A DNA stretch of 64,000 bases from Phoronis australis. Taxonomy: Eukaryota > Animalia > Phoronida. The notes beneath the pieces are model-generated. The model saw nothing but the letters and a program-made list of their open reading frames with translations. It did no database searches and was not told the DNA's origin. Position 1 is the stretch's first letter. Every line of letters starts with the position of its first letter. The stretch lies in the NCBI GenBank assembly GCA_002633005.1, contig NMRA01000113.1:72797-136796 (forward strand), given 5' to 3'. This document shows, piece after piece, positions 1 through 10,168 of the stretch. The position numbers and the translations under genes were made by a program.

Positions 1-352
1 ATTTTTGTACCGGTTTCAAAGATTTTGATTCATTTCAATGTATGACACGAAATACATTGTAATTTGAATTTTATCTGCTGTATTCACCAAACTGTGATCC
101 AGTAACTTCAAGTATCAAACTGAAGGCTTTTTTCAAAACGCTGAAAGTGCAAATCATTCAGCATAGCTGAATGTTGTGAAAACGTATCTAGGCATTTGTA
201 CATTATTTTTCAGTATTGTGAGCAGTTGACTTTGAATTAATTGTGAGCTCAAACAAAGTCAAATAATTGTTATTTTACACTCACTTTTTGAAATGGGTGA
301 CTGTTCTCTTTGTATAATGGTGGTTTAACATTACAGAGTGTTTGTTTTTCAG

Positions 353-420
353 AAAGAGTTACAGAATGCTGAAGATGCAGCCGATGAGATGGTTATAATG
401 GATGAAGACAGTTTGATACC
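353..420 (+). CDS. PFDN4: Prefoldin subunit 4, penultimate coding exon (KELQNAEDAADEMVIMDEDSLIP)
   Basis: TTTTTCAG acceptor at 351-352. The peptide resembles PFDN4 KQLQNLEDACDDIML...IP. Exon ends in phase 2 immediately before ATATCCTTT. Upstream exons lie outside the window. Confidence 0.9.
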
Positions 421-1583
421 ATATCCTTTAAAGATGTATTCCATGTCCGTAATGGGACAAAACATCAAGTTTTGGATATTCCCTATTATTTTATTATTAA
501 TCCTGAAAGAGAAGCTAAAAATGGTAAATACCCCCAGAAATTTTCACCATCTACCCTTCTTGATGTCTTCCTGAGTTCATAATAGGTGGCGCTGTACACA
601 AAATGTACTGAGTTTCTATCTGCCCTTCTCACAGTTCAGGGGTGATCTCTCTTTCCTGATCTGGATCGACTCTCTCAGCTTTCTTTTTAGATTATCGACC
701 GTCGATGATAGTTAAACCCGACCAGTCAATGGTGTGGTTTTCTCTAGCTGTATGGTCTGTGATTGCAGATTTATTGAACTCGCTTAAAGAGGCTTTTCTA
801 GTGGATCTGGTGAATAGTCACTGCCTCAGTCTCTTTCTGATGTTCCTTGAGGCGATATTTAAAATTCCTAGAAGTCTCGCCAATTTGTGTTTGATCACAG
901 GAGGTGCAAGGTGTTTTGTAGACAACACCACTAGAGTCTTCAATGTTCCATTTATCCTTCGGATGTACCAACACACTGGGCAAGGTCGTGTGTGGCGGAG
1001 TGTTGGTACATCCGAGGGATAAACGAGTCACTAACCAGATGATTAACTTTTTGTGAAAGATCTTGGGTAATGATCAGACTCTAGTTATGGCAAAAGCGCT
1101 GTTGTTATCTGCATGTGTTGCTTTTAGCTGACACATTAAATTATGCTGCCTAGGCAAAGGTTGTGCACGATGAATGTTCCACCTCATCAATACTTTTTGC
1201 TTTCAAGCATACCTGACCATGTTTGGCTATTGAAACATTTTATTAAATGGAAATTTTGGATATAAGCAATATGATTTGGCTTATGCTCATATCAAAAAAT
1301 ACCTCGCTTGCTACTGACAGTGGTTATGCGTATTCTTTACAGATAGTTGGCAATAAATTTCATGTTCTGTTTTTGGAGCACTTAATGGATTTAGTCCAAC
1401 TGATTTCACGAAAGAACAGTATTAGGTTGGAACCATACTGCAGTGAATAACTCGAAGTATTTGATCATTGAAGAAAGTTAACACAAAATCCATCTGCTTT
1501 GAAATACTATTCTATTCGTGAACATTTTCCCTTTTATTAGGTTTTATACTTGCACTGTACCTTGTTGCCTTAACTTATTCTAC
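421..1583 (+). other. U12-type (minor spliceosome) AT-AC intron
   Basis: 5' site ATATCCTTT at 421, branch site TGCCTTAAC at 1566-1574, terminal AC at 1582-1583. Splicing gives CC|T TAT CAG ATT GGG GAG = P-Y-Q-I-G-E, restoring the conserved IPYQIG motif in frame. Confidence 0.92.
620..1000 (-). mobile_element. Penelope-like element remnant (GIY-YIG endonuclease fragment) inside the PFDN4 intron
   Basis: Minus-strand LVHPKDK...SGVVYKTPCTSCDQTQIGETSRNFKYRLKEH, continuing after a frameshift as NKSAITDHTARENHTIDW. This is the typical Penelope GIY-YIG signature, with stops. Confidence 0.85.
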
Positions 1584-1788
1584 TTATCAGATTGGGGAGG
1601 TATTTGTTAGTTGTACAGTGGATGAAGTGACTCAGTTGTTGGAGAAGGCCAAAGAATCTATTGCAGAGAATATCAAGGAACTTGAGAAGGATATTCAATC
1701 TAACAAGGATGTGTTACAAAACCTAAAAGTACAGCTATATGCTAAGTTTGGCAAGAATATCAACTTGGAGGCTGATGAGGACAGTTGA
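1584..1788 (+). CDS. PFDN4: Prefoldin subunit 4, last coding exon (YQIGEVFVSCTVDEVTQLLEKAKESIAENIKELEKDIQSNKDVLQNLKVQLYAKFGKNINLEADEDS*)
   Basis: Translated by hand (absent from the ORF track). The C-terminus LKVQLYAKFGKNINLEADEDS matches the PFDN4 family. TGA at 1786-1788. Confidence 0.95.
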
Positions 1789-2689
1789 ATTGACTTTTTA
1801 TCTAAATGTCTATTATGTACTGTAGTGTGAGTGTTTATGATATGAAGTGTGTTAAAGTCGTCATTTTGCACCTTTACTGTGTTGTGAGTCTCTTGGGGTG
1901 TGTCACTGCATGACCCATTCTGGCAGTTCGGCTATGTATCAAAAACGGCAATATTTAATTGAAACTGAACCAAGAAGCTAGTTGTTGCCATTAAACTGAG
2001 TCATTCCAGTTGTTAGGGAGCATTCCCGGATGTGACAGTCTACGGCACAGAGTTTCCTACAGGTTATAGGTTTGGGATATTGTATTGCTACAGTATAAGG
2101 CACACAGTCTCATACTTGTTATATGTTTGGGATTTTTTATTGCAACAGCCTGGGGCACACAATCTTCTACTTGTTATATGTTTGGGATATTGTATCTCTC
2201 ACACAGTCTTTTACTGTTATAGCTCGCCCATAGCCAGGTTGGGTTCGGTGGGGGGGGGGGGGCCATTCGAACCTACCCCGGGAAAAAAGGTCCAGTCCTA
2301 GCCCCTACCGCTACGGAAAAGGGTGCAGTTGAAAAAAAAGAAAAATGCATCTACAAGTATGGGTTTCAATCCTTATAAATTCAGCACAGGTAACTTCACT
2401 AAAGCTCCTGTTAAACCAGACGTCAAGCCGTGTCTTCTTGCAGAAAACCCCGACGTGGGCACGGCCGCCGTTCGCAGTATACTGAAACAAGTAGGCCTAG
2501 GTCTATCAACAAATCTTTGGTCTATAAGAAACACCTCACGTTGAAAGTAAATCAGTGTTGCATGACCTCGTAGACTCTATACAAGTAACAGATCCAACTC
2601 CAGCGGCAATCCGGCATAAGGCAATGACTATCCTAGACCGACGGTAAGGTGAAGGCGCAGATACATGAAAACGGGTAATATTCCAAAGT

Positions 2690-3360
2690 GATAACTTGAG
2701 CGATTCTTTATTGCGGTCGCCAGTGTACTGCATTGGTAGATGTCGAAAGTTTGGCACAAGACAACGTTAATCCAGGAAATTTTCTTGTCGTTTGAAACTG
2801 TTGGGTATACCTATGATGAAACATTTTCAGCACCCGAAAGTGAAGAACGACACGCGTATTCTTCGACTTAAATACAAAATGAAGTTATCGAATTCATTAG
2901 ATGGAACACGTTATAAACCCCGTTTTGATGACTTCGACGAGTCCAAGTTTTGTCACCTGTTATTGGCGTCAATCTTGAAAGTTAAACGCAGGAATCAATT
3001 AAAAACTCGTACTCACAGTATTTGTTAGTTGGACAAAACTGGGTTTGGTATCCTTTTAAAAAAGACGACAGTGTAAGGGATACTCATGCGTTGGAATGTT
3101 TTTCCGTTAATGCTGACGAGGTTACGGTCACCAATGAAGAATTCGTGCCCTTACCCATACGATTAGTGGATGCGGACTGCTACATTTGAGAGGAGTTGCT
3201 TCAGTGAAATTAGTTTTTGTTGTCTTGCGCATAGGCCTATAACGGGCAAACACGTAGATGAATGCATTGTGGGCACCTTATATTGAACAGGTTCGGTATC
3301 GACATCGCCAACTGTGGAGGGCCGGAAATGATATGATAGCGTGGCAAATATGAGTAGAGA
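2690..3360 (+). mobile_element. Decayed hAT-superfamily transposase (Tip100/ZMYM1/DUF4371-like); the element may begin near 2225
   Basis: Frameshifted pieces in the expected order: AILYCGRQCTAL...NPGNFL, YSST*IQNEVIEFI, FSVNADEVT...PIRLVDADCYI*EE, ITGKHV, GIDIANC...YDSVANMS (compare consensus FSxxADE and CRGQxYDGAxNMSG). Confidence 0.75.
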
Positions 3361-3380
3361 CCATAGACATCACAGTATTA

Positions 3381-4075
3381 CAGTGGCAGATCTAAGATAT
3401 CACAAGGGGTAGGGGCCAACATTTTGTCTGTAAACATTTGCGCAAAGCACGATTGTAGATGCGCATAGCACCCATTGGGGGTAGGTCAGGAATTTTTTTT
3501 CTGTTTTTTCCTCTAAAAATCAAGCATTTTCCTTGATTCCCGAAGTATAATCCAAGAAAAAAAAAGCAAAAAAATACACGGAGAAAGCAGGAAAAACTGT
3601 AAGTACTACAGAGTCGAACTTACGACCTGCCGGATAGAGCGCGCGTGCTTTACCACAGCACCACCACGATTTTTCCTAATTAGTTACTAAGAGACCTACT
3701 TGTTTATGGTCCACAGCGTTTGCGCGCGAAACCTTCTTCTTTTTGTAATGTTTATTACACTTTTTATATTTTGTGCAATCAGTTCGTAACAAATTTGTTG
3801 TATTTAAAATATTCTTCAATTGCCCGAAAGACCAAATCTGTTATTTTGTGTTGGCATTAATGACGCGATTGCTTTTGAAATCGTCTTAAGGTTTGACAAA
3901 GAGAGAATTATGAGTTTCTGAGTGATTTACTAAGGCTTCGATTAAAATTAACGTCTTACCGACAGCTCATGTTTTTTCATCGTCACTCAGATTCCATTTT
4001 CTTTAAAAAATGAAGTAATTTTCTTCATTGCACAGTGAAGCAGACGACGGAGTGGTAGTGCTCAGCGCCACTGCC
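3381..4075 (+). mobile_element. Non-autonomous TIR element, 3'-truncated copy of the family at 42832-43524
   Basis: Starts CAGTGGCAGATCTAAG and is colinear over about 690 bp with 42832-43505. The right TIR is missing. Confidence 0.8.
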
Positions 4076-4170
4076 GGTCGCCTGGGCAACATCTATTGCC
4101 TGTTCAGGCTCGATACTGGAAATCACAAAACACATCAGTGTTCACTGGCTCACCGGGATCTGTGTATTGT

Positions 4171-4655
4171 CGTGGTTTCATGGTCCGATGAAAGCGCTAG
4201 GCACAACATAGTTCGTGGTTCCGTGGCCGATGAAACCACGCACTATGGTCAGTTTCATATGGACCTATGAAACCACGGCCTCTCCGACAGGTTCTGATAG
4301 GCTATACTGTCGTGGTTAGTCATGGGCCGAAGAAACCATAATAGTTGTCGTGGTTTCATGCGTATATGAAAGCACGGTCTCACCGATGATAGTTTCCAGT
4401 CATGGGCCAATGAAACCATGGCATCTCCCGGCGGGGTCGGTACGTGCCATGGGTCGATCGAAACCGATGCACTGTATTGTCATCAGGTGGTTTCATGTGG
4501 GCCGATGAAACCACGCACTTTATTCAGTGAATTCATCGGTAGATAAAACCACGCACAATAGGCCTGTATGGTCGGCGGGCCGTTGAATGAAACCACGGCC
4601 TCTCCCCTGCTGGTCAGTCACTGATGTCACGGTTTCATGAGCCTATGAAACCACT
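4171..4655. repeat. Array of about 10-11 degenerate palindromic units (CGTGGTTTCAT-loop-ATGAAACCACG)
   Basis: Units near 4171, 4214, 4250, 4311, 4349, 4390, 4445, 4487, 4527, 4585 and 4629, with spacers of variable length. Confidence 0.85.
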
Positions 4656-5503
4656 GACGCCCCACGACCCGGCGTGCACCCCGGCTGCTTTTTGGCCGTT
4701 TACGCTATATGCGGCCACTGTAAGTTTTACGCGGATGGCAATACCCTCTTGCAAACAGGCTCATTATCCTCTGTCGTCTCAGCCTCAACACAGTTGGGCA
4801 GTTCGCCGAGGAGAACCAATCCGGGATTGGTTCTCCCCGGCGAAGTCGATCATTTTTTCTAGGGCTCGTGTAAATAACAATGATAGGTATCTTATGTCTG
4901 GTGTTACATGATTGAACTTGAGTGTAAAGAGTCTGTTTAAGCTGCTGCGGCCTGTAGTGGGTGTCCAACTTGACAGCCTATGAGTTAAAATTTCCGAACA
5001 TGAACACGTTATGTTATCTGCAAATGAATGCCGTGTCAGCCGGTCTTCCCAGACCTAATGGCACTATAACAGTAAGCTGAAGTAACTACGCATTTATCAG
5101 ATCCTATTTTAATCACTCTGTCCCCTCGTTTGGCACCTGTGTGGAATACCGTAGCAAGCAATGGAATAGCCGGATGCAACACCGTCATGTGCTTTAAAAC
5201 TTGTGTTCAATGACAGTGAGTCAAGTTACTCACAACTCTATAAGGCTATAAGAGCTGCTCTCTAATTATTTGGCGGGTGTCTATTGAAATAATCAAAAAT
5301 GAACATATTTGGGCCCCCAACAGTGGCACGATATAGGGTATAGTGAAAACGCGCATTTTAAAATGTGTCGATTATTGACGGTGAGATCGACACATTTCGT
5401 TTCGCGACCAAAACCCGCGGAAACTTCCTAATCATGCCCGGAGTAACAAAAGTCCGCAAACCTCAAATCTCAGTCCCGTCTCCGCTCCGCCAATGAACTT
5501 ACC

Positions 5504-5596
5504 CGTGCGCCCCCTGTCTTCAACTGGCCAGAACGGACGTGCGCCCCCTGTGTTCAATTGGCCAGTATGGACGTGCGCCCCCTGTCTTGTGGCCAG
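5504..5596. repeat. About 34-bp tandem repeat, 2.7 copies (CGTGCGCCCCCTGTCTTCAACTGGCCAG...)
   Basis: CGTGCGCCCCCTGT occurs three times at about 34 bp spacing. Confidence 0.85.
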
Positions 5597-5649
5597 GCTC
5601 CGACCCGACGGCTACCGTGATTCCGCACTCCGGCGCCGATAGTCATATA

Positions 5650-7120
5650 CACATTTCTTTGAACTCGCAAAATTGTTCAACCCAACGTTTCTGAAAGCGA
5701 CACAAATGGCCAATAATCGACACATTTTCTTTGAACTGACTTAGAAAATTTCGTACATTTAAGCAGGGGACAGACCAGCAGCCGCGCTCCGGCCTCGACA
5801 TCCCAGACCCCGCAAGCTGTCGGCCTTGACACCGTGGACCGCCGTCTGGGGAGTTTTCACAGAGTACCCGGGACACGACTAGGGACTGTATCCCGGCCCG
5901 CCGATCGACCCCGCTATGCTTACCTTTGATATTTTCAAGACTCCTTGAGAAAGCGACACAAATGGCCAATAATCGACACATTTTCTCGGAACATAGAAAA
6001 TTTCGCACATTCATTACGCAAGGGAAAGACCTGCCATTGCAGCAGCTGCGCTCCGGCCTCGGCAGCGCAGACCGGCCCGCCCGCNNNNNNNNNNNNNNNN
6101 NNNNNNNNNNNNNNNNNNNNNNNNNNNNNNNNNNNNNNNNNNNNNNNNNNNNNNNNNNNNNNNNNNNNNNNNNNNNNNNNNNNNNNNNNNNNNNNNNNNN
6201 NNNNNNNNNNNNNNNNNNNNNNNNNNNNNNNNNNNNNNNNNNNNNNNNNNNNNNNNNNNNNNNNNNNNNNNNNNNNNNNNNNNNNNNNNNNNNNNNNNNN
6301 NNNNNNNNNNNNNNNNNNNNNNNNNNNNNNNNNNNNNNNNNNNNNNNNNNNNNNNNNNNNNNNNNNNNNNNNNNNNGGGTATCTGTGAAAACTTCCCAGA
6401 CGGCGGTCTACAGGGTTCAAGTCCGGCAGCTTGCGGGGTCTGCGGTGCCGAGGCCGGAGCGCGGTTGCTGGTCTGTCCCCTGCGTAAATGTGCGAAAATT
6501 TCTAAGTTCCGAGAAATTGTGTCGATTATTGGCCATTTGTGTCGGTTTCAGAAACGTTGCTTTGAAAAATTTTCTAAGTCCAACGAAATGTGTCGATTAT
6601 TGGCCATTTGTGTCGGTTTCTCAAAGGTGCTTTGAAAATAACACAGGTAAGCATACAGCGGGGTCTATCGGCAGGCCGGGATACAGTCCTAGTCGTGTCC
6701 CGGTTACTCTGTGAAAACTCCCCAGCCGGCCGTATACGGTATTGTCAAGCCCGGCAGCTTGCGGGGTCCGAGTCTGCGGTGCCGAGGCCGGAGTGCTGCA
6801 AGCCCCCTTCGTAAATGGGCGAAAATTTCTAAGTTCCGAGAAAATGTGTCGATTATTGGCCATTTGTGTCGGTTTCAGAAACGTTGGGTTGAAATAATTT
6901 TAAGTTCAAAGAAAATGTGTCGATTATTGGCCATTTGTGTCGCTTTGTCAAAGGTGCTTTGAAAATAAGGTAAGCACACAGCGGGTCTATCGGCATGCCG
7001 GGATACAGTCCCTAATCCTGTCCCGGTTACCTCAGTGTGAAAACTCCCCAGACAGCGGTCCACGGTGTCAAGTCCAGCAGTTTGCGGGGTCTGCTTTGCC
7101 GTGGGCGGCCGGGAGCGCTG
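5650..7120. repeat. About 260-330 bp satellite-like unit in tandem, inverted across the gap 6085-6375
   Basis: Left of the gap: CGACACAAATGGCCAATAATCGACACATTT near 5698 and 5955. Right of the gap: its reverse complement near 6515, 6587, 6842 and 6914. The GC-rich portions are also inverted. Confidence 0.85.
6085..6375. other. Assembly gap
   Basis: Run of N. Confidence 1.
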
Positions 7121-7398
7121 GCGATATAGTAATGTAACTATAGCCTACGGGTGTAACTCGGCAATCTGAGGATAAAGATACTTTGCCATCGGCAATGAAA
7201 TGCAGCTGCCTTAAATGATCGAATTTGCCAAAGATACTTGCTGATGATTTTTTTCTCTGTGAACTACTGTTGACGGTGAGAGCCGATGTCTACAGTACAC
7301 CTCGTGTCTGGATCAGTATTCATGTTCAAGTTCTGTCACAGTGTGTATTTATCTGCATGCCAGTGCATAAGGCTGCATGCCCGGCAGTTAGTTTAATC

Positions 7399-7604
7399 AT
7401 GGGACGGCGCACCATAGGGGGTTGGGAGGCTATAGCCCCCCCCCCCGCATCTTGCTGTGCTGCCAGTAGTGGGTCTATCAGGCGGGGCGCCTGACAACTA
7501 CTAGGGGGCGCGGGCTGCAGGGCCGGGGCCGCATTAGCCTGGCCCCGCCACCCCGGCGGCCGCCGGCCACTTCATTCAGTTTCAGTCGGGTGCGCCGTCC
7601 ACAT
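7399..7604. mobile_element. Small GC-rich MITE-like element
   Basis: Inverted ends GGACGGCGCACC ... GGTGCGCCGTCC. Confidence 0.5.
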
Positions 7605-8274
7605 AAGTATGTGGATTTTTAAAACTTTTGTCCGATAATAGCACTTTGTGCTAGTGTTTCATTGTTAAACCTCAGCGACTTCCGGTTTAAGTAAAGATTA
7701 TTACTACTAATTAACTATTGAATTAGTTTTCTAATTAAGTGTATTATCAATGAATTTAGTAGGACGTGATAGTAAATTAACATAAAAAGGAAATGAACTA
7801 GAGACTTATCATGACTGCGGCCTGCCGGTGTGAGGGCCGCGCGATTACAGTCGTCCCGCACAGCGGGGCAGACCGGGGTGGCTCCCGGCAGGAACTTCGG
7901 CGAGTTCGCGAGCCCCGCGACCCCGGCCGGCGAATCCTCATCCTACGTGGGGCCAGATAAAGACAAATATTTTACGGATTCCTCACATTTGCTATGAAGA
8001 ATTTAGTCATGTATTCATCCGCCATTATATCAGGGTTCTCCGCCTGAACTGAAGCGTCATCTGTTAGTAGGATTGGTAACTGGTCAGGTGACTCAGCGAA
8101 AGCACTTATCGTTGTGTGAAGATTGTTATGTCAAGTCGATTTCGCAGTTTAATTTATTGTAATCTACTAATTTATATGAATATATAGAGATGAAATAATA
8201 CATTTTTAAATTTCATCAGTGAGAAGTTATTAAAAATTAATATGATCAACAAAAGTCATTGTGAGTCTTCAAGT

Positions 8275-8348
8275 GGCCGGTTAGCTCAGTTGGTTAGAGC
8301 GTCGTGCTAATAACGCGAATGTCGTGGGTTCGACCCCCACACTGGCCA
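8275..8348 (+). tRNA. tRNA-Ile, anticodon AAT
   Basis: Complete cloverleaf: GGCCGGT/ACTGGCC acceptor stem, D arm GCTC/GAGC, anticodon arm TCGTG-CTAATAA-CGCGA, T arm GTGGG-TTCGACC-CCCAC. A TTTTT Pol III terminator follows at 8352. Confidence 0.97.
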
Positions 8349-9149
8349 AAGTTTTTGTGTGTTTTTGTTGCCTTGCTGACAAGATGCGTATGATCTTATA
8401 CTTCTGGAACTAGTGCTATGGTGCTATGATATACAAAGCTTAGCTTGGATGCGAGACGAAGTTCATAGTTCTTGTCTTGCCGCAAGAGACTACAGCCGTT
8501 GTGTAACACAGAAAGGTATACCATGTTGCGCAAGAGTATGTGAAACAGTGATCAGTCGCTGGACCACGAGTACTATTTTGTATTGCACCAGGTGTGGACT
8601 AGCATGAGACACCAGCGGGCAAGACAGGACTGAGTACTGGAATATCTGAAACTGAAAACGGCAGGATTATGTGGTCCTGTTGACACATCGATCGTATCCT
8701 TGAAGTTGTGGATTCCCTAACCATGAATATTTGTGTGAATCCCCAACAGGCGGCTGATAAACCAAGTTCCTTGTTTTTTTCCTATATGAAAATATCGCAA
8801 TTTCCCAAATGATTTAAAGATACATGTTAAATATTGTTTTGGTTAATGGTGTTCAGTGCACAGAGGCAACACGTACGTACACAAGGTTGAGCGCGGTTTC
8901 TATACAGTCTGTCAAATACAGCACAACACTTTAGACATGCATGTGTCTGCGCACCTTATGACCAGTAACCCCACAAACGGGCTGTTCAAGAGTAGGGACA
9001 CGAGAATATTTTTGTGCCCGCAAGCGGTAGTTTGGCCGATGACTCGACTGTTTTTTCGTGTCCGTAAGAGTGGACTTGGCTGGAGACAGTTTTTCCTGCT
9101 CGGAGCGTAGACGTTGCCTTGGAGAAAAAAAATCGTACATGCGAAGTTT

Positions 9150-9383
9150 CAGGGCTTAGTTGGCATGACCAATGGCAAAAGAGAGGAAATTTTTCCAAGT
9201 GATGTATCGTTCCACAAATAAATAGGCTTGTGCGATAGAAATATTTTTCTTGTGAAATTTAAGTGAAATAAGCGTCTTTGCATGAATAAAGTCAAAATAA
9301 TGATAAAAAAGAGGGGAATGGAGGAAACTGGAAATCGAATAAGAGGAAATCGGAACCAAAAAAGAGGAAAATTCAAAGCCCTG
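9150..9383. mobile_element. MITE with CAGGGCTT TIRs and 6-bp TSD (AAGTTT)
   Basis: CAGGGCTT...AAGCCCTG flanked by AAGTTT on both sides. Internally similar to 9635-9844. Confidence 0.85.
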
Positions 9384-9634
9384 AAGTTTGGAACTGGCTA
9401 GGGAAACGAACATTTTTTCGTGCCCAACTGAACCGTGGGGCTGGCGTTGCCCTCTCAGCAATTGTTTCGGTTGACTATTTTGGCTTTGTCGATGGCGTCA
9501 TTGTAATTTCTGGGTTTTTTTTTCGTAAAATCAACGTTAGAAGTGTCCACCAAAGATCGATAAGGTGTGGAGTTCCAATTATGTTTGTAACACCAACGGA
9601 ATCCACCGGGAGGATTTCGGATCGTTCTCACTTT

Positions 9635-9844
9635 CAGGGCTTGGAATGACCAATGACAAAAAGAGAAAACTTTCCGGGTGATGTGTTGTTCCACAAATAA
9701 GTAAGCTTGTGTTATAGAGATATTTTTTGTGTTGTGACATGTAACTGAAATAAACGTTTTTGCATGAATAAAGTCAAAATAATGATAAAAATAACAAAAA
9801 GAGGAAACCGAAACCCTGTAAAAAGAGGAAAATTCCAAGCCATG
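9635..9844. mobile_element. Second copy of the CAGGGCTT MITE
   Basis: TIRs CAGGGCTTGGAAT / ATTCCAAGCCATG, flanks CACTTT / CTCTTT, shared core TGCATGAATAAAGTCAAAATAATGATAAAA. Confidence 0.8.
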
Positions 9845-9939
9845 CTCTTTGAGCTAACATAAATAAATACGTGTTGCTAGATAACCTCAAGACTTACATT
9901 GTTGTAATATTTACTGTTTCACAAATATTTCCAAGATTA

Positions 9940-10168
9940 GGGTCTTGTTCCAAGAAACTGGCTTAAGTTCATTTTTGACTTAAGTCTGAGATTTGGCGTA
10001 ACTTCAGAAAGTTAGTCAAAATTAAGACAAAATGTAGGTCATACACTTAAGTTAAACTTAGGATCTCTTTCTTGAATTGGTTTTGAGATAGTCTAACTTT
10101 TATTTTTTAAAATTTACTAAAATTTAAGATTTGTCTTAGTTAAGTCAGGTCTCATATGATTAGAACCC
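9940..10168. mobile_element. Degenerate palindromic MITE-like element rich in CTTAAG sub-repeats
   Basis: Imperfect inverted ends GGGTCTTGTTCCAAGAAACTGGCTTAA / TTAAGTCAGGTCTCATATGATTAGAACCC. Confidence 0.5.

Noticed and set aside
4171-4655. CRISPR array
   Set aside because: Repeats are degenerate, spacers are irregular and partly related, there are no cas genes, and the context is a spliced eukaryotic genome.
5926-6714. Long ORFs spanning the first gap (also 25693-26511 over the second)
   Set aside because: Their length comes from N runs and satellite sequence.
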